A stretch of 64,000 bases of DNA from Yuukianura sp. NJ FZ-2021 (taxonomy: Eukaryota): NCBI GenBank assembly GCA_046563655.1, contig CM102287.1, forward strand, positions 6,076,001-6,140,000, written 5' to 3'. Both the position numbers and the translations under genes were made by a program. Positions 61,812 through 64,000 of the stretch are shown here, one piece after another (the first letter of the stretch is position 1; each line of letters starts with the position of its first letter). The notes below the pieces were generated by a model. That model saw only the letters and a list, made by a program, of their open reading frames with translations, did not search any database and was not told where the DNA came from.

Positions 61812-63219
61812 TCAGTTGACGTTGAATTGAAATAAAACTACGATGTAAGTGATGACCGTTGCTAAAATCTAGAAACCAAGAAGCATGACAATGTATATCT
61901 ACTTAATGCGTCTTAAAATATCTGAGCAATAATCATTAAAATAACAAAACGCTTGGCGTTATGTTGGCTAAATTTATCCTTACGGTTGTCATCGTGGACC
62001 GGCTCAAGGTAAAGTATCCACAGGGTGAAATTGAGTAATCCATATTTACAACAAAAGATTTCAAGTCCTTCAGGATTCCTCCAGATCTACAGCTACGATC
62101 ACCTTTCAGCTTGAAAACTTCTTCCTTCAGCGCGGAATGCTGGATTACGTAAATAACAAAAGCAGATTTTACTTTACAATATTTTTTAAGTTCACAAAGC
62201 AACTATTTATTTTAAACTTTTACCGATTGCTGTAATTTGTGGCAACTGTTTGCCAAAACCAACATTCGCCCACTCATGACCAAACCTGAGCTGATGAAGC
62301 CAAGACTCCTCAAGTTCATTAATTCTACTCTGTCAAAAATCATTCGACAGACTAAAAATGATGACATAGAAAAAACTGCAGTGCCAAAAAAAAAATAGGA
62401 AAGAATGATAAGTTCCATCGCAGCTGAAAAGTCGAAGAATATTCTTCTCAGCGTTGTTAGAGGCTGAATTACGGCACGTTCGATTCCAGCAGTTTTCCAA
62501 TTGGTTGTTGCCCAACAACAATCAGAGGTATTATCTAACTTTTTCGCAATTTCCTCGGTACGAATGCTTATGGCGGCAGCGGTAGTGTAAAAGAACATTG
62601 GAATTAGAAGAACTGTCGTATTGGCCAAAAATGCATGGAGAAGTGACAAAATTCGCAGAACCAGTTGGCCCCGTTCCACCCCGAAAATGGCGTCCACGGT
62701 GTCTGCAATCGCTCGCACTGTTATAGGTGCGCTTGGTGAGGTGATTGAATCCAACATGAGTAGGCTATCTGTCCAACCAAAATCCAGCACTCCAGTGAAT
62801 AGCCAAATCACAACAATGAGCGCCTGATCGTACCAGAAAGCTCTGCCATGAGAGCTTTGGAAATTGAAAACTCGGTCATACTGTTCAAGATTTTTCAAGA
62901 TTTTGATACATTTTGGAATGGAAAGTGTCCAAAGGATGTAGTGCAGATAGCCAACAGGCAGACTTGTACCGTACATAACGGCGAGCGCTTTAGATTCAAA
63001 TTTGACGTCAGATTGGAATGTTTCTGGTAATGAAACTGCGAATGCTGGTAGTGCAAAACTTGCACAAAAAAAGTTGTATGCTCCTACAAAGCAGCACCAG
63101 GCGACACATAGCTTGCGTAATACGTGCTTGTATTTACCTCGAATTCGAAGAGTTGGAAAATGACCAACGATTTGGGTCAAATAACGCAGTTCCACCGTCA
63201 ATATAGTCAAATCCTGCAT
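61812..63219 (-). CDS. Gustatory receptor, divergent array member G
   Basis: Exons 63219-62224, 62139-61984 and ~61868-61812; ISPCGYFTLSRS and ILATVITYIVVLFQF. Confidence 0.88.
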
Positions 63220-64000
63220 GTTTTGATTGCGAATTTTCTTACAATTTTTTTTTTAGATTTTTAGATTTTTTTTTATTACCGAACATTAGAACATTACAAC
63301 AGAAATACGAATGCTACATAGTCCGAACCGAATTTTCTGGAATGATAATTTCTCATTATTCAATTTCTCATTATATAAGTGAACATAAGAACAATAAAAT
63401 GAATGAACATTAATGTGCTTAAACGAAGTGTGAAACTCTTTGTTAAAAATATTAAAGCATTTGAATTTGACTAAAGCAATTTCGTAAAGTAGAGGTTTGG
63501 CGATGGGTGGCATGCATAATTTCACTTAATAAAAATGGATAAAATCCAGATAGCCATACTAAATTAGCAAATATTTGAAGTAAACTTAAAATTCTTTTTT
63601 AAGCTTTTTCCTACTGAAGAAACAATTCCATAAGCCATTTTGAATTGGTCGATTAAAAAAGAATGACTCATGTGTCAAACCCTAAATTGCAAAGCGAGGC
63701 GGAAACAATACATCAGCAGAATTTACATAAATTAAGTATCTATAAAAGACTTTTAGTCAAGTACAAAGCAATAGAAAAAATTAACCTTGAAAAAAGGGCG
63801 GTAACAGCGTAAGGTAATTATAGACTTTTCCTTGTTCAATTTTTCTTTTTAACCAAAATGAAGAATTTACTGTTGTATTTAATATGTTTAAAGTGAAATA
63901 AACTTTCATATCCCACGCCGGAGTTTGAAGCAAAACATAAAGTACATGACAAATGTATTGGGCAAGCGTAACTAGCGGTTAAAATGTAATAGACGTAATT

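Overview
AT-rich eukaryotic genomic DNA with short GT-AG introns. RR-2 cuticle proteins, gustatory receptors and ecdysteroid-kinase-like genes mark it as arthropod; a springtail-like soil hexapod is plausible but only inferred. Host genes, left to right: three tandem aminoacylase-1-like genes, all with signal peptides; a pair of gustatory receptors (GRs); an FMRFamide-receptor-like GPCR; an intronless multicopper oxidase (horizontal-transfer candidate, with Lys at the T1 axial site); a Gly/Trp-rich secreted peptide absent from the ORF track; two EcKL kinases; a secreted low-complexity protein; two RR-2 cuticle proteins; EPHX4-like and TMEM130-like genes; an orphan gene; and a minus-strand GR array (5 intact, 1 MITE-disrupted, 1 remnant). 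The array also holds a secreted beta/gamma-crystallin-like prepro-protein. Mobile elements: a young BEL/Pao LTR retrotransposon nested in a foldback MITE, a Merlin-like MITE, further nested inverted-repeat elements and minisatellites, and a full-length RTE-X-like LINE. In that LINE, ORF1 and ORF2 share a frame and are separated by a single TGA-CTA, which points to stop-codon readthrough. Gene models and alignments were read by eye and no database searches were run.
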